A stretch of 64,000 bases of DNA from Botryllus schlosseri. Taxonomy: Eukaryota. The position numbers and the translations under genes were made by a program. Shown here piece by piece: positions 50,801-63,784 of the stretch. The DNA lies in assembly GCA_051294905.1 (NCBI GenBank), contig CM119372.1, forward strand, positions 4,962,001 to 5,026,000, given 5' to 3'. Below the pieces are notes generated by a model. The model was given only the letters and a program-made list of their open reading frames with translations, searched no databases and had not been told where the DNA came from. Numbering within the stretch: position 1 is the first letter of the stretch; every line of letters starts with the position of its first letter.

Positions 50801-52100
50801 CGGGCAAAGACCCCTGGACGAGGCGACGGGCGGGTCCCGGGACTCGCCCGAAAGGTGGAAGAGGAGGTCCCGCTCCCCAGACGACAAGGACTCGGAACGC
50901 ATACACAGGTCGAACGATACTAAATCCGCTCGTAGTAAGAGAGAAGATGACGACACCGGGGGTAGACATAGGCGGGGTAGAGACGCCGGGCGTAGGTCTC
51001 AAGATAGGGACGGCAAACACCGAAGTGGGCGGGGCGACGGGGGGTCCTGGAGGAATGGCGGGGCTGTCGGATCCAAGTCCCGGGACAGGGATAATGAACG
51101 CCGGACGTCGGGGGACAGGTCCGAACAACGACGGAAGCGTAGATTCCGTGAATTCAAAGAGGGTAGCGACACGGAACGTGTAGACGTTCTAGCCGATGAT
51201 GGGAATCACATTGAGATAACCGTGGAAGATGTAAAGGACGAGGAAGGTTCTGCCGGAAATGTCAGGGACGCGAAGAATGCCGCGTCGGACAATGAAGACT
51301 CGGTCAGTAATGTCATGGACACCATGGATGCTAAGAAGGGTGATTCTGCCAACGACGTCAAAGATGTTAAGTCAGATAAGTATGATAGCGACTCTGGCAA
51401 GGAAAGCTCGGACCATGGCGGTGCTGAAACCAAAGTAAAACCGCCAGGAGAATCAGATAATGAAGAGATGGATACTGGCAATGGTGTCGAAAATGTTGAA
51501 ACTTTGCCTACCGCAGATAAACCGGTAGAAGGGAAAACGTCTGAGGATCTTGTGACTACAGTGGTAACAGAAGAGGAGGTAGTGGAAGAATCTAGGGATG
51601 ACACATCTCAGCCAGAGGTAGTCAAAGATTTGATCCAGCCGATCGGCGATAATAAAGAAGAGAAAATTGAAAATGATGAGAAAAGAGATAGGGACGCGTC
51701 TAGGAAACAGCCCCGGTCAAGATCCAAAAAGCGCAGCCGGTCCAGAAGTCCCAGACGCCGGTCTAGAAGTCCACGACGCAGACGTTCAAGGAGCCGGTCC
51801 GACCGTAGACGGCCGTCCTACCCGAGCCGGAGACGCTCGAGGTCCAGGTCTCGCGACAGGCGACGCAGGCCAAGTCCCAGAAGGTCGCGGTATGACAGAA
51901 GGAGGTCGAGGAGCCGGTCTCCAAGACGGCGGTCCTCTAATTACCGAGACCGGGGCAGAAGGCGCAATTCGAGAAGCCGCAGCAGGTCCGGCCGCAAAAG
52001 ATCGAGGTCGAAAAGCAAGGGGTCGAGATCGCGTAGCCGTGGCGCCAGGCGGGGCAGTTCCAAGGATAGCCGGTCCTCGCGATCGTCCTCTTCGGATTAA
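44843..52100 (+). CDS. PPIG: RS-domain cyclophilin (PPIG/NKTR family); exons 44843-44900, 44959-45033, 45498-45605, 46515-46559, 48778-48865, 48933-48962, 49054-49205, 49918-50077, 50310-50444, 50512-50611, 50697-52100
   Basis: The spliced ORF reads [84 protein letters not shown]|...[34 protein letters not shown], then a K-rich tract, [40 protein letters not shown] and a long RS tail. All junctions are GT-AG and in phase. Confidence 0.96.
46596..48644. mobile_element. hAT (CATAGGCG-ended) element in PPIG intron 4, with a nested GGGC-type element at about 47450-48083
   Basis: CATAGGCGCCGA...TCGGCGCCTATG; exact 8-bp TSD TGCTGGTG; internal hairpin at 47703-47801. Confidence 0.9.
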
Positions 52101-52614
52101 ACAGGAATGGGGTCAAATCGCATGACATTTCCCTGAAAAAAGCCTCCGCCCCTTCGGTTTTACCGGTAGATAATTAATTGAACGTGATAGAGGATAAATA
52201 CGCCGTACGCTCTCGAGTGTCGGGAGTCTGTGTTTGCATCGATTGAGTTAGTTTGATTTCGGTGATTGTTGACGTTTTTTCTACCGAACGAGATTTCCGG
52301 GCCCGTTATCCACTCGTGCGGTGGTGTTGCGGAATGAGTTATGAATTTCTCACGTTTGATTTCTTTCTTTTTCAAACACCGCAAAGCCTACCTGCTCTTC
52401 GCTGGAGATTCAAGTACTTTTTCGTTGACCGTAGTTACGATCTGTACCTCTAGCCAGGGTTTGAGTGCGTGGCGGGCGACACCTTTTATCGCATTTGACT
52501 TGTGTCTAGTCTGTTGCTTTTACGATAGGCTGTCGTGTAGGTAGATGTTTTCTAATTACTTATTCGCCTTGTCTCGCTGGTTTCGATCTTAATGTCTGCG
52601 TTGAACGATTGGTC

Positions 52615-52620
52615 AATAAA
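52615..52620 (+). other. Probable polyadenylation signal of the PPIG transcript
   Basis: AATAAA about 515 nt after the stop codon, followed by GT-rich sequence. Confidence 0.55.
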
Positions 52621-54708
52621 ACCGTGCTAGATTTTGGACGCTTGTGGTGCGTGATACGTCATAGAATTGTTCTCGCTTAGATTAAGGTTCAACTCAGAGA
52701 ATATAGAACTTGCTAACCTATACTGTCCTAGTCCTGGGGAACAATGGCGCTAATCAGCAAGCCAGCGGCGAACCCCAAATTTTCAGAGTCACAAAAACGG
52801 TAATCTATCACATAATACATCTAATATATTACTACAGAATACTTTCGCAAGAAAAGACCCATGCGTCCACAACAGTGTCAAAAGACCAAGACTAATAAAA
52901 CATGATTTTCAAACAAAAACAAAAATATGACAATGAATACTTGCTGCAATTAAGCGAGACCTTTCTGTATCAGTCGGGTGTGTCCAACCCCTGAGAGGGA
53001 CCCCTGGAGTTGTTGTGAACCACGGTTAAGAATTACTGTTCTAGAATCTAGATTTCGTAGCATTAATAGGAACAGACAGTTCTTACTTCTTCGACAGATG
53101 TCGACTGCATTGATACAGAAAGCAGTTCCAAATAACATATTCAATTTATCTAATGACTTTCAACTCTGGCTACATTTCGATAGTGCATTAGCGAGTTGTT
53201 TTATCTGCTTGCCGCATTCCAGGGCTATGGGTTGAAATCACTAAATTTGACGAGTTAGGGTTGGTCTGGTTATGAACATGAGCAGTGATACGGGACGGTT
53301 ATATGCAGCTTAAGTGTGTGTGAGTGAGCGTAGAGATTTGGGAGTGCATTTCATCCGTCACTTTGTGTTATGCTGTTTTTACACCGTTTATTACCTCAGA
53401 TGATGTCTATAAAATGTCCAAGGTGAGTTGTTTGTTACATCACTTTTTCTCGTTCTTTGTGATTGATAAATGGTGTCGCCCGTCCCACTCAAGCCTGTGT
53501 TGTATTATTAGTCAAAAATCTCAACACTAAATTTTGTGTCTTCCAGCGAAGGCAGTGTGATTTTGTGTCAAGGTTTATACAAATCCAGAAAGGTAAGCAG
53601 ACTTATGACGGTCTATCTATTTACATCGGTACATGTGGCCGGCCTCGGCAAATTATCCCGACACGCTATATTTTACGTTACAAATATATATTTGTAATCA
53701 ATAACTACATGTTGGACTATAATGTATTTCGAAATTATGTGGAGTGCATGGAAGTGTCGCTGTCCGAAACTGTATTTGCATGCGCAGTTGAGGCGAGCGT
53801 AGTAGATTGTTGGTGCTTTGTGCTGAGTGATTCATCTCGTTTCCTGCTTTTGTTTTGGGTGAGTATGGTTCTGATTTCAGACGCAGTATTCGAAATACTG
53901 TTTGCTTCTCCAATTTGAATCAACTATCTATTATTAGGCATCTGTTTGGCGGAAATTCTGTTGAGAAACAAAATTATGTACCAACTAGACAACAAGACTG
54001 TGTCGAAATCAATTTCTGTATTCTATTGAATGATTCAAGCATGAAATGGTAGTGAAAGATCGTGTAAGATGTAATTTTGTTATCTTGTCCGTAAGTTGAA
54101 TTCGTAACACTTCTGGAAAAGTATCTAAACCAGTGGATCTCGCATCATGGATTTTCATGAAAAAAGCCCACGCTTCTCTGATATTAAATCACATCTTGCT
54201 GTCGAGTTTAAATCAGTTCCGACGTTTCTATCCTCTCTATACTGTGCAATGTTTTCGCTTAGGGATGCTTGGTTTGATTTTGGGTTCGATCAATTCAACT
54301 TAGCAATCACCGCATTTTTTATGCATGTTGCACGGGTGTGGTTATCACGCTTTACTTAACAGTGAAAGGGCGTAATGAATTCCGATTCTATCGCATTGTC
54401 ATCACTTATTTAAATGAAAGAATAATATCAATCCAAGGGGTTGATTTATTAACAAAAGCTGAATTGTATTAATCATGCATGCGCGTGTGTTCAACCAGCG
54501 TTTCATAATTTATGGCTTTCAATATTACCATTGCAGGTTAGTATCAGCGGCTAATTTGAAATCTGGCTTTCATTTGTGTTCTTATGCCTTAGATATGTGT
54601 CTGACGCAATACCCAGTGTTGTAGATGTTATTCGTATTGGTTTCATCTCTCGTTCATCATACACAGGATAACTACGTCTTGGGGAAGTGATGATGGGAGT
54701 GAAGAGGA

Positions 54709-57700
54709 ATGGACGGAAAAACAGCCCCATCATGATAATGGAGATTGGTCTGATCTTGATGGCCGTCAAAATATGGAGTTAGTAATGATCGGTTTCAGGT
54801 CTGCGACATGTGTCTAGTATATTTTGCTATTGCAGGTTTGAAGATGGAGAAATTTGCGACGAGAACTCCTTGCTGAAAGTTGATGGCATGGATGTGTAAG
54901 CTGCTGCGTCTTTGTAACCGTTAAAGACTTGGCGACTTAACAAAAACGATATTTGTTGTATTGATAATACTGGCAAAATACGATCGATTTTCAGTCCATT
55001 CACAACATCTAGTTGTATAATATCCCGTGCTCGCATTCACCTTTTTATACCAAGGTACTAAATCCACCTGTGTTCTACTATGTTGGGTCCTATGAACAAT
55101 TGTGATTGGAAGTTGCAGTTGTACCAAGTATGACCTACTATGGCTACATTCAGTGCAATGATTATATGATTATAGACGGTTATTCTTGACTAGTGTTACA
55201 TGTAGGATTTGAATTACAGGCATGGGTTGGCAGGCCCCGCTTTACCACCTGGGTTTAAGAAAAACAGGTAAGTTTATAGTGTACTGTAACTACACCCAGA
55301 TTTTCATGTGTATATACTAATGGCATCTTCATAAACTCGATGTGGTATTATCGCATTTTCTGGGATATCTGAGCAAAAGTTGGATTACCTAATAGACTGT
55401 CATTCCTTGTGAGTACAGTGATGGGGAAGTGTTTCAAAATTTTGGCTCCTTGGGGATTAGCTTATCAAGTTTTTTCTTAGTCCTTCCGATGCTATGAATG
55501 TTTTCCGCGAAGAAAACCAAATTGAGTGTGTTTCTTGATCTTCAATTTCAATTCAACAGAATAATGGTGAATTTCCCACAAAACGTTACTGAGAAATGAT
55601 GTAGAAGGGACCTGTTATTAGGTCGCATTGTGGTCGCATTAAGTCGCATCCTACAAATTTCAGAATGATCTACATGTATTTGCCGCATTTGATACATTCT
55701 GACCAACTCCACGCGAATAATTGTTACAGCCACAAATCCAATTCACAAAAAACCAGCAGCAGGAAAAGAAAGAAGAAAAAGAAACACAAAAAGAGCAGTC
55801 TCAAGAAAAGCAAATCACCCATTCACAAAGTGAGTGGGATCCAAGTGTTTTCTTGTACAGATACCATTCTTAACCATCGAATGTTTTCGAGTGATGTCAT
55901 CTTTGGTGATATGATTGTTGGTATACAATGTTCTTGCCGTTTCTTTACTAGTTGCAAACGATTACTTCTGATGAGTGTCAGCCGAAAATATTCAGGTTTA
56001 TTTCAATGTGGTAATGGAAAACTATTGTATACTGAAGGTAGAGACCTTCAAGAGTCTCTTCATGTTCGTAACCATGTCTTGTCATAGAACAAAGACAAGA
56101 ATGAAGATCGTTCAAAATCAATAAGTCCGGAAGAGAATTCGAATCCGACAAATCCCATGCGAAGCAGATGGGACAGCCCCGACGAAGATGCGGAACATGA
56201 TGATATAAACGCACCTCCAGATACCGGTTTGTAGCCTCGTTGAGAATGTTGATATTGTAGTCGAAGTTTTCTCTGATACTGAATGTTGCCCGTGTTTGAC
56301 AGACTCTGATGAAGCGACGGAGCTGCCTGAAGCACCAGATGTAGTTATTGACCGAACAAAAACTGACATCTTTGCAAGTAGTGACGACGAAGTGCAAAAT
56401 AATGATGTGGGAGGTAATTATTATCAACATGGTTCTATTAGCACCAGTGCCACATTGAATTGGATAATGTCACATCTACATGTTGATATTGTCAATAAGA
56501 CACGGCGTGCTAGTCTTCGGTTGGACTTTTCAAGGCTCACGTTGCAAATGATGTCGGAGGAGTACTTTTCCAAAAAATTTGTTTGCATACTCTACTCATT
56601 TGTAGTGATAGGCGAAATTAAGTACCCGGGTGTGGATTTCGCTCTGAATCGAGTGTTAAGCTTCTAGCCAAGTTGTCTAATATTACTCATGCCAGGGCTC
56701 CGAGTCACAAGTAAATCTCACTTTCGACTCGAGTCAAGTCGAGTCATTTTTAATTCACCCCCCCCCCCCCCCCCGAGTCCAAGTCATTGAGTTGACTGCT
56801 GATTTCGAGTTGAAGTCTTGGTAAAACCACTTTTTATAACTCTGATTAGTGATATCAAATGGTTCGCATTTAAAATACACTGATTTCGTCACTTTTAACA
56901 GTTTCTGGTCGCATTTTCAAGCACCTTTACTATTCTTTGAAATTACAATGAAATGTCGGTCTTGGCCGGCCGTCTGAGACTCGAGTCATATGACTTGTTC
57001 CGAGTCATGCACAATGACTCGAGTCCGCGAATTATTTAATACAATACTCCATTTGAATTCCATTGCTGTAATCAATGCATGTTGCTTTGCTCATTACTTT
57101 ATCGGTAATCTTATCAGTGTTAGGTACTAGTATCTGTTTTGTCATTGCTTATCCTCATTTGCATGTATCCATTCTGTTAAAATACTCCTATTTCACGTCT
57201 TCAGGTCGCGATCTCGAGGCTAAGTCCTTGAAAAGAAGAAAGTCCGATTCTTCAGACAGCGCGCAGATGGTCACAAAGAAACAGTGAGATCATAGCCCTG
57301 CTATTTTTTTCCAACGTTATTAACATTTTGTAGCAAAGCTTGTGCCGAAGTTTATATTTTTGTTGAAATTTGACACTCCTCTCCCATATATCACAGTTCT
57401 TGCTCCTGTGATCACGATAATTCAAGCCAGTAACTATCAACTTTCTAAATTATATTAATCTTGTGCTTAAATTAGCGATCTTTGATGTTTTTTTGGAATA
57501 TTTTTGACTTAGCTCCAATTTTTATATATCTAGACTTAAAACGTCAGATAGAGTCAGCTGCAAAGTTTCCGAACTCCAAACCAAACACGTCTCAACACGT
57601 GAACTCAAATCAATCTTAATTCCGATTGCTGTGTGTTACGATATTAATCCTTGTTCCGACTCTTCCAGGAAAGGTGTCGAAAAGCAGCGCCCCAAAAAGC

Positions 57701-60700
57701 AGTCTAGGCCGTCGAATTCGGCACGGCTTTTTGAACAGGCGCGAAACGTAATTTTGAAAGCGGAAAAAGAACTCGCGGCTATCGGTTACCCCGGCGCAAC
57801 GAAAGCTTTGAGACACGGACTGCGTCGCTCGAGGTCCTATTCGTCTTCGAGCTATGAAAGCCGGTATGTTATCAGTATGGATGGGTACATACAATGTGGA
57901 TTAAATTTAGGATGGTGATGACAAAAATATCAGTACAGACTCATTGGCGTAGCCAGGGGTTAGCCACAATTTTCGTAGTCTTCGTATATGATCATGGCCG
58001 TAATATAGAATATTTCCTCAAAGATTTAGTTGACTTGGAGTTTTTCTTGGCACTTCGCGATTTATTGTCACTCGATTTATTGCTTTTTGTATTGGTATCC
58101 CCTCTGGAAAATTGAAAGTTACCAATAGGATAAGATTTACCGAATTATTTCAAACTATATTCGCAATTATGAGAGAACGATCGTCCGACATGACATGAGA
58201 CTTCGCATCTGCACTCGCAAAAAGGTCGTCGCGATGAAACCTTTGCACAAAATGATAGACGCGTGTTTGCCGAAATCTTCGATATTGATAACTCCAATTG
58301 CTGAATAATACTCTCCATTATTAACCAAATTCATTCATTAACTTCGAAAACTTTTCGCGCTCTGCGCGGCTGGGTTATTAATGCACATTGGATTTACATG
58401 ACATAGTTATGATTGATTTTGATGCGGACCAAGATAAGTCTTGTTTTCACCGTATACCTAATCTGGTTTGCTCCTATCGGACGACTAAAAAGGTCAAAGG
58501 TTTTAATCTCATATGGCCCTTTGATCGAAAATGTTGGCCGCCCCTGACTTGATTTTGCTCAGTCCCAGTTATCGGCAAGATATTTGACCGGTGCGCGTTC
58601 TAAACCGATTGCTTCTGTAGGGACGGGAGGCGTGAAAAATACAGACGCAGACGCAGACGCAGTTACTCTCGATCGAGATCGCCGTCGTACGACGACAGAC
58701 GTGGATATTCTCGGTATTCCAGATCTAGGTCCAGGTTGGTGCTTAGTTTGTTCGTGCATTTTTGAAATTTCAAAATTCTGGCTGGCTGAGAAATATTCAG
58801 CGCCAGTTTACGTGTGTGCTAGTTGACATGTTGGCTAAGCTCCAATTTAAGATGTTATAACTAAGGAAATTACTCTTTATCCCCAGTTTACATTTACATC
58901 AGTAACCTCGTGTTGACCGGAGTTGATGTCTGAATAATCGCTACTAATTTTGTTCAAATTAAGTTCTTAATGCCATGATTGTCTCCGTCTAAGTGCAAAC
59001 CATGGGGGTGACTTCGGAAAAAATTGGTTCATCGGGCATTAGTATTGTTCAAAGATAACTTTTGTGCTACCGTAGTTGATAAAATTGTTAGGTTGGGTAA
59101 AAATTGACTGCACATCAGATTTGTTTCAACTCAAAACTGTAGAAGCTTAGGTATTAGAGTTGCAAAAATTTCAATTTATAAAAAAAATGAAAAACATTTC
59201 AAACTTCACTGGCAACCGCGTAAAATTGTTGCAATGTCTATAACAGTGGTCCCCAACGTGAGCGATATCCCACCCCAGTGAATGATTTTGAGAAACAAGG
59301 GGACGAAAATGGTAAAACTTCCCGCGAGATATATTTAATGAACACGGTCAAAAAATGGACGCTAAGACGGCTTATTCTGCATATGACGTCAAAAAAAGGT
59401 CAACTCGACGGAAAATAGTCATTGAAGCCGGTTTTCCTGGCACCTACCACCTCGGAACAAATCGCCATTTGTAGTAAATTCACCCAGCGATCAGAGTAAC
59501 GTGAATAAATTTCGCGTTTATCTGTCCTCTTTTTCGGGGCCGTAGCAATGGGGGACGAAAAGGGCGATGAGTCAAAAAGGTTGGGAACCATTGGTCTAGC
59601 AACCGTGCATGCCGAATTTGGCTCAATTTCAACCGGTAGGAGTGAAGTTATTGGAGTAAAAAGTTTGGATTAAAATAATACCATTTACAGTAGCTTTCAT
59701 TAATAATCACAGAATTTATGGTACCACTCTAAATAGTAATGATCCCTCCTTCTTTGTCGACTTTCTTTTGCTGGTTTATATTTCAGGCGTAGCAGGTCGT
59801 CATCTCGGTCAAAAAGGCGAGATTATTATCCCGAGTCAAAGTATGAGGATCGTCGCCGGTACTCCAGGTCCTCTTCGAAATATCGAAGACGATCCCGGTC
59901 ATATTCCAGGTACGGTCTTGTCACATGCAAGGTGACATGATTTCGTTTTGTAGCTCGGTTTTTCCTATGACGTGTCTGGTTTCAGAGTCACCAGCTCAAG
60001 ATCGAGCGTATCGTCGGGGTCGTCCCGCGATAGCATAAACGACAGCTGTTCTTCCGCATCTGTACGAAGGAGGTCAAACTCGAAGGGTTCTGATCGTAAA
60101 AATTCGAAACGACCCACCACTGTCTCGCGAAAGTCCCAACGAAAAGAAACTGGTAATCAAGATTATTATCTTGAGATGGTGTAACTCCGGTGTCCAGGTT
60201 GCTAGAAATATCTGTGCCAATCAAAACAGCAAAATATGAGTCGTAGGACACCGTGTGTAAAGGAAGGTAGCAGGGGTTTTACGAAAATCCGAGTAGATTT
60301 TGGATTTGATCAAATACAAATAAGATACAAATCCGTATTTTGGATCCGATCCAACAATTCTCATATCAGCAGTGTTGGTCAGTAGCAAGGTACCTTTGAG
60401 TTTCGTCTCTGTGCTCAAATGCATCGCATCAACGTCCGTGAGACTTTGTCGCATTCTTCAATTCTATGAAATACGCACTTTCCCTTTCTGCTGTTCGAAA
60501 TTGGATTGTTACAACACAACGCTATCTGCAATAACGACGTAGGTAGGCTACATCTTGAACTCTCTGAAAACGCCGTGCGATAATGGCGAACATATCTGGC
60601 TATCATTATCCGGAATTCTAGTTGTAAAACTTCTTTTTAAGAACTCATTCTGGCATAACAGTTCCTATAAGGTGCTAATGATAATTCAGCAATGTTTTCT

Positions 60701-63700
60701 TCATAATATGAAGATATATGATGACGTTATCAAGGTCGTACATGCATTTTTAGTTATCGATATTGAATCGGTCGCGTTTTTTCAGCTCCAAGCAAGTCTC
60801 TCGAATCTGCCGAGTCTGAGAAAGTAACGGCGTCCAACGTCCGCAAAGCAGAGAAGGCAAAGAAAAAGAAAACGGTGACGGAAAAATTGACCTGGCAACC
60901 GCCTTTGGAATATGGGGAAGAAGAGCATTCGGAAGCGGATTTCGTAAGTTTTGATAGCTTGCTAATTGAACTGTGACAAGAGCTTCATATCATGTTGATG
61001 CGATAAGTTTGACGCAAATGTTACATATATTCACTGACTTTTCATTCAATGCCACAAATGGCAAAAATCAAGCAACAAGACTTGACCAAATGTCTGTTTC
61101 CAAATAATTTAAGGACAAAATTTTGAAACATCTGTCTCAAGCAGATATTCATCGCAGCACGAGAATTAGCCTATGCACACCATACTCTTGGACGTACAAA
61201 TCTCCGATATACAATTGAATAATATTTTGCTACCGGTATTGAAATAAACCTGCATATTTACGGTTCACATTCAGCATGGGTAATCATCAGCAACTAGTAA
61301 ATATTTCAATAGAACTTTATATACCAATAGTCGTATCACCAAATATGACGTCACTGGCATAAAAAATTCAAACAATCGATGCCAACAGATAGTTTAGGCT
61401 CAATGTACTAAATATCCAAAAATAATACGCACTTATGGTTATTTGAGATCTGTTTTTATCTCAGGGTGGAGTAAATGTCAGGAATGATGAGATTAATAAG
61501 GGAACCCACAATACAGCAATCGACAAAGGTACGTGTCGTAGACTCATTAAGCAATCAACGTGGTATATCTATCTCAACAAATTCCGTTTTGTTGACAGTT
61601 CTTCCCGTAAAAGACGATGAAATCGACCAGCTTCTATCGAACGGAATCGAAGATAAACCAGTCTCCGGCCTTCGTGACAAGTCCATATTCAAAAAACGCG
61701 CCAAAATGCTTCAACAATTCAAGAAGAAACAAGAAGAGGACAACGTTTTCGGGTTTGCGAATAAAAAAGACGCAAACTCCACGAACGCGATCGACAATAA
61801 AGCCGGTAGCGTCGATGAATCGCAACAGAGAAGCAATGACGATATTTGGATTGAGAAAAAGACCCCGTACAGTTCATCGAAAATCCCGCCTAAAGTTACT
61901 CTCGAAAACGCGCGGGCAGATTCTGCCTTGTTAGGCGTTCTGAAACGGAAAACCACTGCCAAAACGGAATATCGTCCATTCCGTGTACAGCAGTATAACG
62001 CGCCGCGTGAAGAGACACCTTCAGAGGATAGCGAAGAGGACTGGACGCCGTCGGCCTTGAAAACGGTGAAAAAACCAATAACCATCAACATAAAACTTCC
62101 TGGTGCGCAGACGGAGAAAACTAACGATCCAGCAAGCCATAAAGCGCAAAATAACGGAAATGAGAAGGTTCGTAAACGTAAAAAGAAGAAGAAACGTCAC
62201 ACCAATCCCGGCGATTCTGCTATGTCCTTGGAAATGTTAGGAAAGACGTTGAAGCGGTGCCGCGAAAAAGCCAACGTGACAACTGAAAAACCCGCAGACA
62301 ATACAAAGACGAAGGAGCATACCGTTGACACTGATTCCAAACTAATCGGTGGAGCCTCCGGCACTGCGATGGCGCCGGAAAAGAAAATCGATTCGCAATT
62401 CAACAACCAATATCACAACGCAATGTGGTATCCCGCGCAGAATCACGCCATGATGAATAGGTGTCGGGCGCAGGTGGTGAGGCCGGTACGCGGGTATCAT
62501 TACCCGTACGCGTACCAGGCCATGCGCACGGCGAGCATGCGGTATCCTATGCATCCGGGGATGCTCGCGATGACGAGCATGGAGCCTCCGCCGTTGCCAG
62601 AAGACGGTAAGTCACGTTGGCCACAATAGTGAATAATATATTTGTATTGAAATGAACCCGAATATTTTTGACTGACACCCGTCAGGGGTAATTGTCAGCA
62701 ACTAGTAGAGAATTGAAAAGGACATCGTATATTGACAATCGTATCACTAAATATGATGCCGCCTGCGTGAAAATTCAGGTTTATTTCAATATGATTGTAT
62801 TATTCAATCGTGCATTGAAGTTCACTGCATCCGAGAGCCTCTTCGATTGTGTGCGTGTTGTGTTTCTGTTGTATTTTATTTTTGTTCTATCAAAAAACTG
62901 GCAACGAACTATTTCTACTTTTTCCCAATACTAGAGTAGGTTTTTCCTACCCTCGCTACTTACTCCAGTGGTTGTGTTATGTTAGAACACTTCGCTTCTG
63001 CTTGATTGATTTTTTACGCAAAACAGCTTGCTTTTTAGACTTTGGATTTTGTAAAATACAAAGTAGTAGTGTTTGGGTAGGTTTGCACACCTATATGGCT
63101 GATATTATCATACCAACTGGGCCAAATACACCGTGCACCATGGTATCTGAATGTACTTGCGAAAATTGAACCTATTGTGATGTCGTTATTGACAATTAGC
63201 GGCTACAAGTATGCGGCCGCACGACCAAATCAACTTTTTTGAACCACCTACCCGGATATCAAAATATGGTAACCCTATACTATTGACCACTGCTGTAAGT
63301 ACGGCGCCCTTGCCCCTTCATTAATAGTTACGTTCTTGTATTTAGAATTTCCTGAACGACCACCGGAGCCTAAAGAAAGTGAGTGGCTTAAGTTGTAGTT
63401 AGTGTTTTCGCAGCCATGCAGTGATGTGTTTCCAAGTTGTTTGATTCCGACATGACATGAGATACACAAGTAGCTTGAATTACACTTTGCCCGTTCTAGG
63501 GAAGAAATTGACCGACAAACAAGTGATGAATCTCTTCAAGAAGAAAAACATATCTGCGGAAACACTGCCTGTAATACTTCAAGACGATGAGGAGTACGTC
63601 CGCCAAACGCATAGTATTTATGCAGAGTAAAACGGTATTTTCGATACAGAAAAGAGGTGAAATTGCCGTCGCCCGCTCGATCCTTTGGTAGCGACCATCG

Positions 63701-63784
63701 CCGAAAGAGGAAGAGATCTTATCGCTCGAAGAGACATTCCAGCTCAGACTCGTATTCGTCTTCACGATCAAGGAGCAGCGATAG
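54709..63784 (+). CDS. Large RS/K-rich nuclear protein with an NKTR-like motif; exons about 54709-54798, 54836-54895, 55730-55829, 56088-56226, 56303-56413, 57205-57283, 57669-57863, 58621-58734, 59787-59909, 59986-60152, 60786-60943, 61465-61528, 61599-62606, (63346-63383?), 63500-63593, 63650-63784; probably continues past the window
   Basis: A chain of in-phase GT-AG exons gives [24 protein letters not shown], several SRSRS/YSRS exons, KLTWQPPLEYGEEE, DWTPSALKTVKKPITINIK and PPPLPED. The start codon and the 62606-63500 junction are uncertain. Confidence 0.8.
56693..57025. mobile_element. GACTCGAGTC-family MITE fragment with a poly-C run (56758-56774)
   Basis: GAGTCAAGTCGAGTCA arrays; internal similarity to 19283-19572 and 23552-24033. 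Confidence 0.7.
59244..59593. mobile_element. hAT MITE nested in an older element (about 59003-59700)
   Basis: CAGTGGTCCCCAAC...GGTTGGGAACCATTG; TSD GTCTATAA / GTCTAGCA (6/8). Confidence 0.7.

Noticed and set aside
50566..51183. Long overlapping ORFs in other frames and strands across PPIG exon 11 (205, 178, 132 and 152 aa)
   Set aside because: These are expected by-products of GC-rich Arg/Ser/Asp codons that lack stops in other frames; no recognisable domains.
53698..54360. Possible antisense coding remnant (S/T/N-rich ORFs on the minus strand)
   Set aside because: Interrupted by stops, with no identifiable family or splice chain.
61475..62629. 384-aa ORF as a stand-alone single-exon gene
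   Set aside because: It is bounded by an acceptor at 61598 and a donor at 62607, so it is an internal exon of the RS-rich gene.
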